Assembly: GCA_051294375.1 (NCBI GenBank)
Contig: CM119266.1
Coordinates: forward strand, 24,292,411 to 24,356,410
Direction of reading: 5' to 3'
DNA from: Paraspadella gotoi
Lineage: Eukaryota > Animalia > Chaetognatha
DNA length: 64,000 nt
In this document: positions 40,005 to 54,017 of the stretch, piece after piece
How the letters are laid out: every line of letters starts with the position of its first letter
Numbering within the stretch: the stretch's first letter is position 1
Notes under the pieces: model-generated
What the model was told of the DNA's origin: nothing
Seen by the model: the letters and a program-made list of their open reading frames with translations, nothing else
Databases searched by the model: none
Translations under genes and position numbers: made by a program

Positions 40005-41202
40005 TCAAAGTGCCGGCCTCTGGCGTCGCTTTCCATTACTTGGCGACGGCATAAGCCATCATTCTTCGTTTAGCCTGAATCAACTTCTTTTCTCTTTTCC
40101 TCTTCCTTTCCTCCTTTCTCTCTTTTTTTTTTATTTTCTTTTCCCGCTCATTTTTTTTCCCCTTTCCTCTTCTCATTCGTCTTAGTTTGCCTCCCGTTTC
40201 CCTCTGGTTCCATTCCGCTTCCCTCCACGCTCGTTCCAGTTCCCGCCCACTTTCCCGCCGACAGATTTTTTTTACTTCCCGCTGGACCAGCCCATAAAGA
40301 TATTTAAAAGTTTAAATTTTAGATTTTGAATTTTAAATTTTACACTTCTCTTTCAAATGATACACCGTATCCCTAACCACGTAATCTTGAATCTTTTTTA
40401 TTAACAATCACCTTTCAATTTCCCCTGCGCGTTCCTTACCTCGTTGAAGACGCTAATTTGCAGCTTACCCACACTGACGTTCCCCTCCCACCTTCCCCAC
40501 ATCCCTCTTTCTTCATCCCCTTTCCTCGATTCTCATTAACTCGAAAGACTTTATTTTCATTTCACTCGACATCTACAAATTCGTCACTGCGACGACGGGA
40601 AAAACCACTGACGACAACATGACGAAGACATCTTCCAAAATTCACATTTTGTAAGTGAAGTAAATGATAAATTACTATATAATTCGTTTAAATGAACTTA
40701 GAACATAGAATCTCATCGACCAATTGCAATAAAAAATGTCCATGAAACAACAGTATAAACAAAAAGGGAAATGTGTCGCTAACCGCGAAGAGAACTAGAA
40801 GTAACATGTATTGTCAAGAATAATTCAGGGCTTAATATAAAACACGCTCCCGTCTCCCGTAACTCTTGGTTAGATCGAGATATTGAGAGAAGTGATAGCG
40901 ATACACGATCGACAGACAGACAGAATGACAGAAAATCAGACAGACTAACAGACAAAACGACAACCATGCTGACAGACCTAACGTCCGCCGTCTTTTTTTT
41001 TGTCTATACAAAATTTAAAGTTCACTCCCGAAATTCTTTAAACCGTTCACAAGATTCCCCACCCAAACCTGCTTCTCCCATTAGATATCCCTCGAGTTCA
41101 CCACAACCCCTACGATCACCCGCAACCCTTCTTTAATCCTCCCTCGTTCCAGAGTAGCGGGTAATTTGTCTTGCCTAGCACCCGATAAGCCAAAGAAAAC
41201 AA

Positions 41203-41285
<83 letters not shown>

Positions 41286-42144
41286 GAGAGAGAGAGAGGA
41301 GAGAGAGAGAAATAGGACAAGTTGACTGTTCATTTATCCTCATTTTATTCTCGAGAAGCGTATTAATGTTGTCTTTGGAAAACTAAAGGAAATCTTGTTT
41401 AAATTACTGCGTTTCCTTTTTCCTGTTGCTCACCTTTATTTATATTATTATTAATACAATATTATTAATACTTATATTAATTATTAAATATTAATATATA
41501 TATATTAAATATTAATATTAATATTAATATTCTTTGATAGTCATCGCATGTACCGTGATAATGAATTCAGGGTCCGTGAAGATGATCTGTCCAATGGATC
41601 GAAATATTGGTCACGAATTAAATAATGTACCTGTACTCCCATGTGAAATTTTTTATCTAATATTAATATTATTAATACAAATCTGAAATAGCCATCAAAA
41701 ACTTGTCGTTAAATGGAAATATGAAAAAAGATTTGATATTCTCCTACGATCTTATAAGAGTTCGAATTTTTAAATTTAACTGAGCTTAAAGTGAACTTTG
41801 TTTCAGGTAAAAAAAAGGAATATCTAATAGATGTAAACAATATCAGTCTGCTTTTTTCCTTTCGTTCCCCCTTCTTTTTCCGCCTTCCCCCTTCTCACAC
41901 TCACTCACACTCACTCACACTCTCACCCCTCACACAAACACACAGTCAGACAACCATCTAAGCGCTAAGAACCTTGCTAATGGTTTTTTCCTCGTCCTTT
42001 CCGACTCTGCGAACAACTCGTCGAATGAGTCTCAGCTTGAAAATTTCCTCTCCGCCGCCGCTTCTTTTTTTTCCTTCCGCTTCGTTTTCCTTAGACTCTC
42101 TCTCGCTCGTTTCTCTCTCTCATCTCTCTCTCACTTCTCTCTCG

Positions 42145-42177
<33 letters not shown>

Positions 42178-42585
42178 CTCATCTCCCCTCTTTTAACTCT
42201 CGCCTTTCAGCGTCTCATTTACGAAGGGATGAAGCTCAGGTTGATTTCCTTTCTCCTATTTTTATCTTCCTTCTTTTTCTTTTTCATTTTAAGGTCGTTT
42301 CATCGTTTTTCTTTTTTTCTTCAAACTCTATTTCATTTTCAGCGGCAGGTTGTTTCATTTTCTTCTCCTGCCTCGTTCCGTAACGATGATGTATTGACGC
42401 GAAACGCGTTTACTTCCTTTTTTTTTCGTTTTCAATATTTTTTTTCCTTTCTTTTTTATTATGGAAAAAACTCCCTACATCGCTGCCGCTGCTACGGCGC
42501 TGATGCTGCTGACACATTCTGGGCCGACGGAGGCCGCAGCGGCAATTCTCTCGGCTTTGAAAAGAGAAAGAGAGAGAGAGAGAGT

Positions 42586-42647
<62 letters not shown>

Positions 42648-44275
42648 AGAGAGTGTTTTTGTGTGAAATTACTCGGAGAATTACTCCCGGCAAATCACCC
42701 ATAGGGGCCATCGACGCCTTTTGTTTATGACTCGTTTAGCCTCGCGCCCGCTTCGCTCCGGCGGCGCTGGCGACGAAAACAGCCCCGCTTACGAGGAGAA
42801 CAGAGGAAATATAGTTTTAAACAGACGAGTTGGAAACGAGGCCGTTATGTCGCTGTGACGGGAGGCGCGTCGTGCAAAGCGAAAACGAGGCTATTAAGAA
42901 GTTGTAAGCCGAAGAGTGTTTAAAAGAAAGCGTTTGTAAATGTTCACTGAAATCATGAAATCGTTAGATATAGATTATATGTAAATCATATTTGTCTTAC
43001 AAACTTTAAAGTTATGATTTAAAAATTTGAATAAATCAAACAATTTGTAGCGATTTAATTGTTTGTACATTAGAGTTAAGTGAGCACTGTTGAAAGATAG
43101 GGTGATACTGCAGTTACCATATCTACGATTTTAGCGTTCTATTATTCGAAAAGAAAATGCCCAAAATGTATGATTCCTGGAGATATCACCAATGTGAATC
43201 TTTAACTTATTCAGTTCAAGATTCACAAGAGTGATAACGCCTTTTTCACTTTTATATTTTTAGTCTTCAAGAGCGAATTCCCTCTCATTTCTCACCATCT
43301 CTCACCACAATCACCGACTATTTTCACTTCTACCCCATCTCATCTTTCCCCCCGCTCCCCCCTCCCCCACGAACTCGCGTTATTTTCGCTCTCCGACGCA
43401 AAAAAAAACCTTAACTCGGAGGATCTAATCGGTTTCGCCATCATTCAGCTTTTCACCTGCTTTTCTCATTCCTTCTCTTCGTCTTTATGACGATCATCAT
43501 AGACGTCGTCGTCGTCGTCGTCGTCGTCGTCGTTCCCCCCGCGAAAGTGAGCATCTGACATCACGTCGTTTCAGTTGATGACGAAACTACTTCTTTTGTT
43601 GTTGTCGAGTCAATTTTAGAAAAAAGAGGGTAAGATGCGTGGGGGGGGGGGAAATGTTTGCGCACATTCGGTTGTGTTCACGGGATTTAAACCTTCTAGT
43701 TCTTCAGAGACGAAAAAAAAACATTGTTCGGGCATAATGTTTAAACCGTAAGTCTTTAAAAACATACGTATTAGTACTATCACCGAATAGAACAATAATT
43801 TTGGACAGTAATATTCAAAGCAACGATGTCTGGCTCATTCCTTCTTTCTGCTATCGAGCAAAAAAAAGCGATTAAAACAATACAGATATTGAGGAACGAA
43901 AAAAAAAGATTTGCATATGAATTTCGCTTCGAGTTTCTGCATATTGAATTGTCAGCGGAAAAAAAAATTTAAGGAAACAATGGATCCAATCCAATTTATT
44001 TTTTGTGCCAGTATATCAAACCGAAGGAATGGAAAAAAATAAACAAACAAAAGAGAAACTGATTGTCAAGACAACGGATTCGCTGAAACGTAAACAAACG
44101 GAGGCAGCTTCTGAGAATCGCCGTTCTTAGATCATAATTCAAGCTTCTTCCTTTGTTTATTTCCCGGTTTTACTTTGTTTATCTACCCCATACGCTATTT
44201 GTTTTGCCACTTGGCATCTCTCGGCCGTTCATCTTCATTCCTCTCGTTCGTTTCTCCGTTTCTCCCTGACGCTGG

Positions 44276-44309
<34 letters not shown>

Positions 44310-45223
44310 CTCTCTCTCTCTCTCTCCTATCTCTCTCTCTCGCCTCTCTCTTCTCTCTTCTTTCTCGCTGCGGTCCTCATGTACCGGGCGGTTGTTGTAA
44401 TCCCTGTTCCTTTTGTTGTTTTTCATTTTCGGGTTCTCGTTTTTTTTCAGGCGATTAAGGATTGTTCCGCTGGAAATTTGAATCGGTTCTCTCCCTCTAA
44501 TCTCTCTCGTTCTCTCTGCTCTCTCATTTTTTTTTTTTTCCTCCCCTTCTAGGTTTTTCGTTCCGGCTCCCCCCCTTTCAAAGCAATTTTGTCGCTCTTT
44601 TTCCTCTTTTGCGCTTTTCTCGCTCCTTTCCGGTTTTTGAAACGATCTTTTCGCGGATTAAAAGAAGTCCTTCCGGTCGGGATTCGAACTCGGGACAAGG
44701 CGGCGGCGGGGGTAAAGGGAGGCAGCTGCTGGATACGCGGTAGCAGCAGTCGTAGCGTCGGCCGCTGCAGTAATCGTTGGCGTCGGCGGCCGGTGAAGAA
44801 GTTTTTTGACTTCAATTTTCGCTTTTTCGTCCTCATCTCGTCCGTCTTATTAATTCTTTGCAAAAAAACCAGCAGGGATTGGAAGCTAAATAAAAAAATT
44901 TAATTTAAATTCTTAGCTATCATTTTTTTTATACAATAATTGTAAATATATGTAAAATAAGAACTAATAATATCCACTGTCCAAATGTCTTTCAATAATT
45001 TTTGGAATGAAATTCATCACTTTACTCAAATAACAATCTTACTCTCTCTCTCTCCCTCTCCCTCCAGTTTTTGTTATTTTTTTCCGTTCCACTCTCTCTC
45101 TCTCCCTTCCCGACGAAAAAAATATATGGTGCCATATTTCTGGCTCATGGACCAATAATCTGGGGCCTCGAAGCAGCCAAAAACGGCGATACGTATGCGC
45201 CTCGCGAAGAAAACGAGGACGCC

Positions 45224-45266
<43 letters not shown>

Positions 45267-45607
45267 GAGCAGGGGAATCGAGAGAAAACGAGACAGGGGG
45301 GCGACAGAGAGAGAGAGCGTAGCGCCGCTGGTATGGCTCTGAGAGCGTGCGCGGCAGATAAGAACAACATTCCGGCGAAGATTTATTGGAAACGGCGCCG
45401 AGGAACGACGCCGGAAATGAAATTCCAAGAGAAAAAAATTTCTGGATGGTGAGGAGGTTGGGCTGGGTGGCGTTGAGCATTGAGACTTGGAGGGTGTGCG
45501 GAGTAATATCAATTAATAATCTTATTGTGAGCAGTCCCGAGGTTTTAAAGAATCAATTTGAATTACCATTGACAGAAAATTATCAGGGACCTGCTGTGTC
45601 AATTTCT

Positions 45608-45717
45608 TGTATGACTGATGGAGGCCTTAAACCACCATAACCTGTCAAAAGTCAGGGAGAAGATAGCTTAGTTATTAAATGAATGAATAAGTTTTATATT
45701 AGTTGTACCAATTTCAT
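45608..45717. repeat. Copy of the dispersed ~110 bp repeat
   Basis: Direct match to 35624-35733. Confidence 0.8.
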
Positions 45718-46272
45718 ACTTATATATATTATATTTATATTCAATATATTTTGTTTGTTTTTTTCGAAAAAACAGAAAAAAATCGCATCGTTCCGTAAAA
45801 GGTTCGTACGTATCAGTGAGCTCACCTATGATTAAAAATTAAAAACTTAAGTCCATACTCTTCTATTTTTTTGAACTCTAAAAATAACTCGTTTCGCGTC
45901 TCGCATAGTCTGAACCAAATGGACCCTTTCGCCGTCTTTTTTGGCTTCAGAAAATCGGAAAGCGACTTCTCCAAGATCCTTCATCGACACTCGGAGGATC
46001 TCGATCGACAACGACCCTCACCCGGTCGCCCCTTACCCTTAAGCTCTGCCTCCCGGGTTTAAGCGCCCCCCTCCGGCGTTGTTTCCTTTTTCTTCCTCGT
46101 TTTTGTCTTTTGGGTGGGAATTCCGGGGAATTATCTCTTTCTCGAGATAAGACCGAAGCTTCGGTTTCGTTTTTTTTTCTCGATATTTCTCCGCGTTTTT
46201 CCGGTTTGCTGCCTTTTAAATAGAATCGTTGCTTGATGCATTGGTGGTAAAAGTTAATTTGGGTTTTCCGAG

Positions 46273-46346
46273 ATGTATGTATGTATGTATGTATGTATGT
46301 ATGTATGTATGTATGTATGTATGTATGTATGTATGTATGTATGTAT
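46273..46346. repeat. (ATGT)n microsatellite
   Basis: About 18 perfect units. Confidence 0.97.
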
Positions 46347-47324
46347 GTATGTATGTATGTATGTATCTAAAATGATATGAAGAATTTAATAATATCAAGA
46401 GAACACCCATCCACACTCTGACCACAAGCATCAAAAGCATTCGGTTAAAAATTCCTCAAACGTTATCTCTCATCGCAATAAAACACTTAAAAATGAGTGT
46501 TCTTTTACAAAGTTGAAACCCAGTCCTGAAATATTTACACGTTATTGATAGGGAAGCCATAGTAACCTGGGAGTAAATTAAAACAGACTGTGAGCCATAC
46601 ACTTCTGATTTGAAAGGCTTGCAGATCCTCAGCAATTGTTATGTATGTCATGTATTTGTAAGAGTGATGGAGGCCTTATACCATCAAAGCCTGTCCATTG
46701 AATTAATGTATAATATTATTATTGGTTGTACCAATCTTATTTATCTTTAATTAAATATGTAAGTATGTAATTTAAATTGTTTTTATGTTTTATTTGTTTT
46801 TTTCTTTATTTATTAATTTTTTTTTTTATTGAATCTCGAAACTTCATCGTAAACTTCATTCGATTCACAATGGACGCTCTTTTGTTTGTATTTTGGATCA
46901 CAGACGATGGCGCCATCTCTTAAACGCCTCCGAAAGAAAGTGAAAAATCGTTATTTTATTCCTTCAATTATAAAAGAGTTTTTTAAAATGGGACCGTTAG
47001 TTGAACGCGCGTCCAAGAAACTTATGACTGGTCAATAAATTCAAAGGCGTTTTCTAACTTTAGGTCCCGAGTTTTAAAAAAGGACGAATTTTTCTTTCGT
47101 GAACGCCTGGCTCGAAACTTTCGAAGAGTTCAAGTCGTTATTGCAAAAGAAAAAAAAAGTTGCTTGTATACAATAATTTGTATTAGTTCGCGATAATTAA
47201 AAAGCCTGTCTACACGAAATCTATTTAGAAGAGGAGAGATTATTTACTCGGCCGTTTGCAGGAAAGTTTCCGAAGTTTTCTCATGATTTACGGACGAGAG
47301 TGGGGAAGAAAAAGAACGATAATG

Positions 47325-47366
<42 letters not shown>

Positions 47367-47562
47367 AGAGAGAATGAGAGAGAGAAGAGAGAGAGAGAGA
47401 GAGAAGAGAGAGAGGAGAGAGAGAAAGAGGAATTATTCGAAAAAAAGAAAGAAAAAAGAATATTGAAGCGGCCTGAGTTGACGCCGACGCTGGTTTATGT
47501 GAGCGATTCCTTGACCCCCGAAAGAAAATAGAACCGAAACTCCAACTTCTCTCTGCTCCTCT

Positions 47563-47654
<92 letters not shown>

Positions 47655-47803
47655 CTCTCTGTCTTTCTCTCTCTTTCTCTCTCTTCTCTTACTCTTGCCT
47701 CTCTCGCGACGGTAAAATAAACAGAGGAAAAGACAAAACAAATGAGAAAAGGGGCGCGACTCTGATAAGGAGAGGAGAAGACAGAGAAGAAGAAGAAAAA
47801 GAA

Positions 47804-47843
<40 letters not shown>

Positions 47844-48338
47844 CGAAGAGAGAGAGAGAGAGAGAGACCTCGAAAAGAAATGGTGATAGTCTTTCTTACC
47901 ATTAAAAAGTTGAATCAAATTAAGAATTAAGAAATCCTAATTTTTAATTATAGTAAGATTGTTTGTGTATTAAATAAAATGGAAAAAACTAGGAAAACAA
48001 GAGAAATATTTATAAAACATGAAAATAAATAAAAACGAAAGGAAAGGGGAAAAAATGATGATGTAAAATATTGAGATTTGCGATCCATAAGGTCAGATTT
48101 GCAGACTTACCTTTCAAACCAAAAGAAAAACATTCTGCGTTGTTTACCGAGGATTTTGTTTACGGTTCCCTCGGGAGATTTTAAGAAAGCAAACTCAAAC
48201 TTGGAACGTTGTAAAATAACAATAACAGTCTAGTTGTAATTCGTATTACTTGGAAAATATATTCAATGGTTAAAAGTAAGCAAAACCGGAAAAGTAAGAT
48301 CAGAGAAAAAAAAAAGATTGAAATCTTTCTCACGGAAA

Positions 48339-48421
<83 letters not shown>

Positions 48422-48429
48422 AAGAGAGA

Positions 48430-48470
<41 letters not shown>

Positions 48471-48583
48471 CGCGAGAGAAAATACAGACGTAAAAGAAGA
48501 GAAGAAAGATAAGAAAGACAGAAGAAAGAAAAGAAAAAAGTAAAGAAAAAAAAAAAAAAAAGAAAGAAGAAAAAAGAAAGAAA

Positions 48584-48620
<37 letters not shown>

Positions 48621-49154
48621 AAAAAAAAAAGGGAGCCAGATGTGGATAATGGAATCGGAGACATTTCGTCCGATGCAATTATCTGTCCCTCATGAAATAT
48701 CACTTACGAGTAAATTGGATACAGAGAAGATAAAAAAAAAAAAAAGCTAAGGCGTCTTTAACTTCAGCTTCGGCTCGAGATCAAAACTATTTTTTCAGAG
48801 GCTCTAACTTCAATTACCGCTTTCTTTCTTTTTCTTTTTCTTTCTTTTTCTTTTTTTCTTCTCCTCTTCTTCTTTCTTCTTTCTCTCCTTCCTCTCTTTC
48901 CGCGAAAGGAGGAGTTGGGTCTCCTTAAATTATTTATCTCCTTCCTTCTCGCGTTTTTCTTTTTTCTCTCTCTTTCTCTCTCTTTGCCTAATTGCTATTT
49001 TTTTCAACGTTGCCGCGCGGTCTTTTTTTTTTCTTTTCTTTATTTATTTTCTTTCGTCGATAGTTAAGTTCATTTAGTGTCTCGTTCGATAATTCACTCC
49101 ATCTTGTCGTTTTATCTTGTAGTTTTTGAGCAGTGTTTAAATCATAATTGATTT

Positions 49155-49286
49155 TCATTCATACATTCATACATTACATTCATTCATACATACATTCATT
49201 TATTTTAATTCATTTATTCATTTCCTCAACTTTATCTTGTTGATTCTTTCATTTAATATTTATTTATTTTATTTATTTAATTTATT

Positions 49287-49318
<32 letters not shown>

Positions 49319-49422
49319 TTTTTATATTTTTTTTCAATTTTTTTAATTTTATTTATTTTTTTTAATTTATTTATTTATTTATTTATTTATTTTAATTTAT
49401 TTATTTTAATTTTAATTTATTT

Positions 49423-49454
<32 letters not shown>

Positions 49455-49592
49455 TTTTTTTATTTATTTATTTATTATTTAATTTTTTTGTATTTATTTT
49501 TTATTTATTTTTTTTTTTTTTTAAATTTTTAAAAATTAATTTATTTATTTATTTATTTATTTATTTTTTATTTATTTATTTATTTATTTATT
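49155..49592. repeat. (ATTC)/(ATTT)n low-complexity tract
   Basis: Seen directly. Confidence 0.95.
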
Positions 49593-50734
49593 TCCCATTA
49601 ATTCATGGCCGTTCTTTTTTTTTATAGTGTTCAATCTTCAATTTTCCCTCTCACTTTCCTATTTTCCTTTTTGTTTTCCTCTTCTAGTATTCAGCTCCGT
49701 CCCATATTCCCTCTCACCCATTTTCATTCCGTCTCAGGAAAAAGAAAGTCTTTTTTTAAAGACAGAGAAAATAAAGGGAAAAAAAGGAAAAAAAGAAAAA
49801 AGTAAAGAGGAAAGTAGGGGAGGGTGACTCGAGAAAGGGAAAACTTACGACTTGGTTCATAGAGCGAAAAGGAAANNNNNNNNNNGGAAAATAAAGAAAG
49901 AAAAGTCAGAAGTAAAGGAAGAATTATGTCTCCCTCGGTTCCTTTCTTTTCTTCATGGCCTTTGCAATATGCAATTTAGAAGCGGAGATAGGGATCGATG
50001 AAATGCAACTGGAATCGATTTTTCTATTCGACATTTTCAATATAAATAATATACCAATTTAATACTGAATTTGCAAAAGTAAGTTAGTATTTTTACATTT
50101 ATTATTACGTTGAAAAAGCCTGTCTCTGGCAGAGACTAACAAAAGAATTTTAGCGAATAATCAATGCATATATTGGTATATTAGTTGTAGCAATTTCATG
50201 AAAAAATGTTTTATAAAAAATTTTTTTTACAAGAAAGATACGTAGTGAATAACGATGTGCATTTGTATATCAATCTCATTGAATGACATACAATTTTTTT
50301 TAGCTAAACCTGATATTATTTTAAAAATAATATATTGATTATTTTCTGCTAAAAAAAAAACCCATATTCTTATACGCTATCGGTTTTCCCCTTTGGTCGA
50401 TCCCTATATTTATGGGGTTCCAGGAATCGGAAATGGTCTTCCGTCGGTGCCACGGGGAGCGGCGCCGCCGCCCCGTCGCTGCAGCTTTCTTTTTATCGCA
50501 TTTTCGAGACGACGGCGACGATAACGAACGACGACGACGACGAAGGCGACGACGAACGGACGACGATGATTGCAGTCTGGAAAAACGGCAGTGACTATTT
50601 GGACTTTTTTTTTTTTGCTTTTGAGATTAAAGAAATTTAAATTTAAATGAATCGCGTGATGAGTCATAGGATAGGGAAAACGGAATTTTTTATTTGCTTT
50701 CTTCTCTTTTTCTGTGTGCAATTTTTTGAGATTA

Positions 50735-51260
50735 CAGTCATGTGCAAAAAAAAACAAAAAAAAAACACGCCACCCTGTATACTATGAATTTTTTTAAAAA
50801 ATATAAAAATAAATTTAAGTTTATTAAAAGAGTTTAGCCTAAATTTAAAAAAAATTAAACTGTCCGTTTAGGAGGAGTAAATTTTTTAAATGAATTTTAT
50901 TTATTAAAGACTAATCTTCTTTCTTTTATTCCTTGCTTTTAAAAATGAAATAAATTGCATTGGACATCTGGCATAGCTGGACAATTTTATTAACCCAGAT
51001 CTCTAAATAATATTTTCAAGGTTATTAAAAAATAATATGAATAACAGGTCAATGATCCTGAAGCATTTGAATAAAATTCGATTTTCCCTTCTTATTTTGG
51101 AACACTCAAGTTTAAAATATTATATCTCCTAAACCACTGGACCCATTGTGATACAATCTATAAACATTGATTCTTTTTTATCAAATTTTTAAAAGATATT
51201 CTTACAGAGCGTCTGTAATTGTAAGTTATAAAGTGTCTCGTTTTCTTTTGCACATGAGTG
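50735..51260. mobile_element. Tc1/mariner-like MITE
   Basis: Left end TA|CAGTCATGTGCAAAAAAAAAC and right end GTTTTCTTTTGCACATGAGTG form an imperfect 21-bp TIR. Right flank is TT rather than TA. Confidence 0.5.
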
Positions 51261-52213
51261 TTCGTGTTCTTCGCCGAGTTTTATTCATCTACATTTTGCA
51301 ATAACAGTATAACTAAAGGGTATGTCTACTATCAGTCTACTAAAGTTTATCATTCTGAGAGTTTCCTCTTATATTTCCTTTTATATATATTTATTCATAA
51401 ATTTCAAATAATAGCCATAATTATTTCAATTCACTAAATAAAAAACTTACATAGATCCTTTAATATCTCGTACTCTAACTCGTAAAAAATAATTTTTTTT
51501 GAAAACCTCGAGTACAGACTGGGATCGAATTTATAAAGGGGTGAGAAAGGAATCTAGAAAAGAGACGGAAAATAGGAAGGAGAATAGAAAAAGCGAAAGA
51601 AAGGAGAGATGTGATAAAGGGAAAGGGGAGAGGGGATTAAAGGAGCGTAATAAGGGTTCGCGAAAAACCCGAATTGTGGTGGGTGTTGGGGGGGGAGGTC
51701 GAGAAAAGGGGGCAAATCGGTTTTCCGAAAATTGGGCCTCTTTGTTTGCGCGCTGATGTATGGGCTCTTAGTTTGGTTGGGATTGCCAATAGAAAGTGGA
51801 AGATACGAGGCAGGGGGAAGAATGGATGGCCGAGTCGGCTCAGAAGCGAGAGGAAAATGGAGGGGGGAGGCGAGGGGGGGGGATGCACGCTTTTTCGAGA
51901 GAAAGTAGGGGGCGCTCCGCAGGGGCGTGGCCGGGTCGCGAAGAGAGAAGAGAAAACAAAAAAAAAATAAACAAATGGACGGGAGATAAGTTTGCGTTAG
52001 TTTTCCCGCTGGGAAAGGAAAGACGAAAATAAAGGTTCTTAGCTAAAATGGCGACGAAGATGGAAGGTCGATGGCGATGGGGAAACTGAGTTTATATCGA
52101 GTTTAGACGAAGTTAGACTAATGATAGTGTATTGATCAATATATGTTAATCTTTATTTATGAAAAAAGGGTTAAATTAACTTTACTTCGGTTTTGAGTCA
52201 CCACGGTGAGACT

Positions 52214-52340
<127 letters not shown>

Positions 52341-52455
52341 CAGACACCACACCCCCTCCCTCCACCCCCGTCATTTTTGCGAACGAAAAAATGGCTGCGA
52401 ATAATTCTCGAATTGGGAGCAAAGATTAAAAGCCCGGAAAGTGCGGGGGCAGACG

Positions 52456-52548
52456 GGTTCGGAATGAGGGGTAGAGGAGTTCGGAATGAGGGGCAAACGA
52501 GTTCGGAATGATAGGTAGAGGAGTTAGAATGAGGGGTAGAGGAGTTAC
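52456..52548. repeat. ~22-bp tandem repeat ggagttcggaatgaggggtaga, about 4 copies
   Basis: Seen directly. Confidence 0.85.
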
Positions 52549-53811
52549 AATAAAGGGCAGAAGATGGTCGTGAGTTGGGGGGAAATCAGATTTTGATATA
52601 AGGGTTAGACGTGATTTTATATTAACAAACCAGCTCATATTTCAATTATATTCCATTTTTTACATGAGTACAAATGTCCCGAATATACTCACAAATATTT
52701 CGTGTCTGACAAAGAAAGAAATGATATAAGAATAAAACATTATGATTACGGGTAAAGGAAAAAAAGTAAAGGAGTGCATTGAGAAGAAAAGGGGTTATTG
52801 GGAAAGGAGAGACTGAAAAGGGAAAAACCGAATCGATTCCCGCGCGGAGGAAAAACGGAGATTCTCGAATTTGCCGTCGTCATCTACTACCGCCGCAGCT
52901 GCAGCCGCCACTGCATCCGCAGCTCCGCCGCTTCGGGCTCCATCGTCGGCGCGACGGCCGCCGCGGGAGCCCGGCGACGCAGCGGCGTCAAACGACGTCG
53001 TTTTCGGCGGCAGGCGGCGGGCGGCGGCGGCGGGGCGGTAGCAGCGGACGGCGTGATAAGACGGGCAAATGGCGCGAAAGGAATTTTTTCTCGGCTTTAA
53101 TGGGAAACTCAAAACAAGAAACTCCAAAATAAACACGACGCGAGGAGAGAGCGAGGGAAAGTTGGGAAAAGGGGTGAGTTAGCGAAGGGAGGGAAAGAGT
53201 CGAGGAAAAGGGGGAGCGTGGGGCCTTCGTAGCTTTAAAGAGCCAAAAGTAAAAATGATGGACAGAGGCAGGTCGTTTTGAAGTTATAAATTACCTACAG
53301 AGACAATTTTTGGAAGACAGAAAAAAACGGCCGAAAGATTGGCAGGGTGGAAGACACACTGTCAAAACAGAAAGCCGGAACAGAAAGACGAAGAGAGAAA
53401 CAGACGGCGGAAACGACGACCTTTTAGTGGAATTCTTTGCGCGAAACACATTCTCTCTTAAGAGTCGTCGTCGGTGTTGCAATTTGATGTCGCTGATGAC
53501 GGCGACGACGGTGACGACGACAATAACGACGATAGACGACGGTCGTGATTCGGTCGGAATTCCAGGTGACCTGCTTCGCTTGATGGTGTTGTTCTCGACT
53601 CTCTTTGTAGCGAGAAATTCTACTCACAGAATCACAGATTTGTGCGCAGATTCACGAAAAAAAAACAAAACAGGCGAATTAACTTTTTTTTTTAATAAAT
53701 TGCTCCAAAAATATGGTTAAAAACTAATAATAAATGATAAAATTATTTACTAAGTAAAATACGTATTTTGAATTAGTGACCAAAAATAAATTGAAATAAA
53801 CTCTCTCTCTC

Positions 53812-53889
<78 letters not shown>

Positions 53890-53922
53890 CTCTCTCTCTC
53901 TCTCTCTCTCTCTTCTTCTCTC

Positions 53923-54017
<95 letters not shown>

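Noticed and set aside
44667-44695. tRNA gene (minus strand GTTCGAATCCCGACCGGAAGGA, like a tRNA-Tyr 3' end)
   Set aside because: No matching 5' half, D-arm or anticodon arm.
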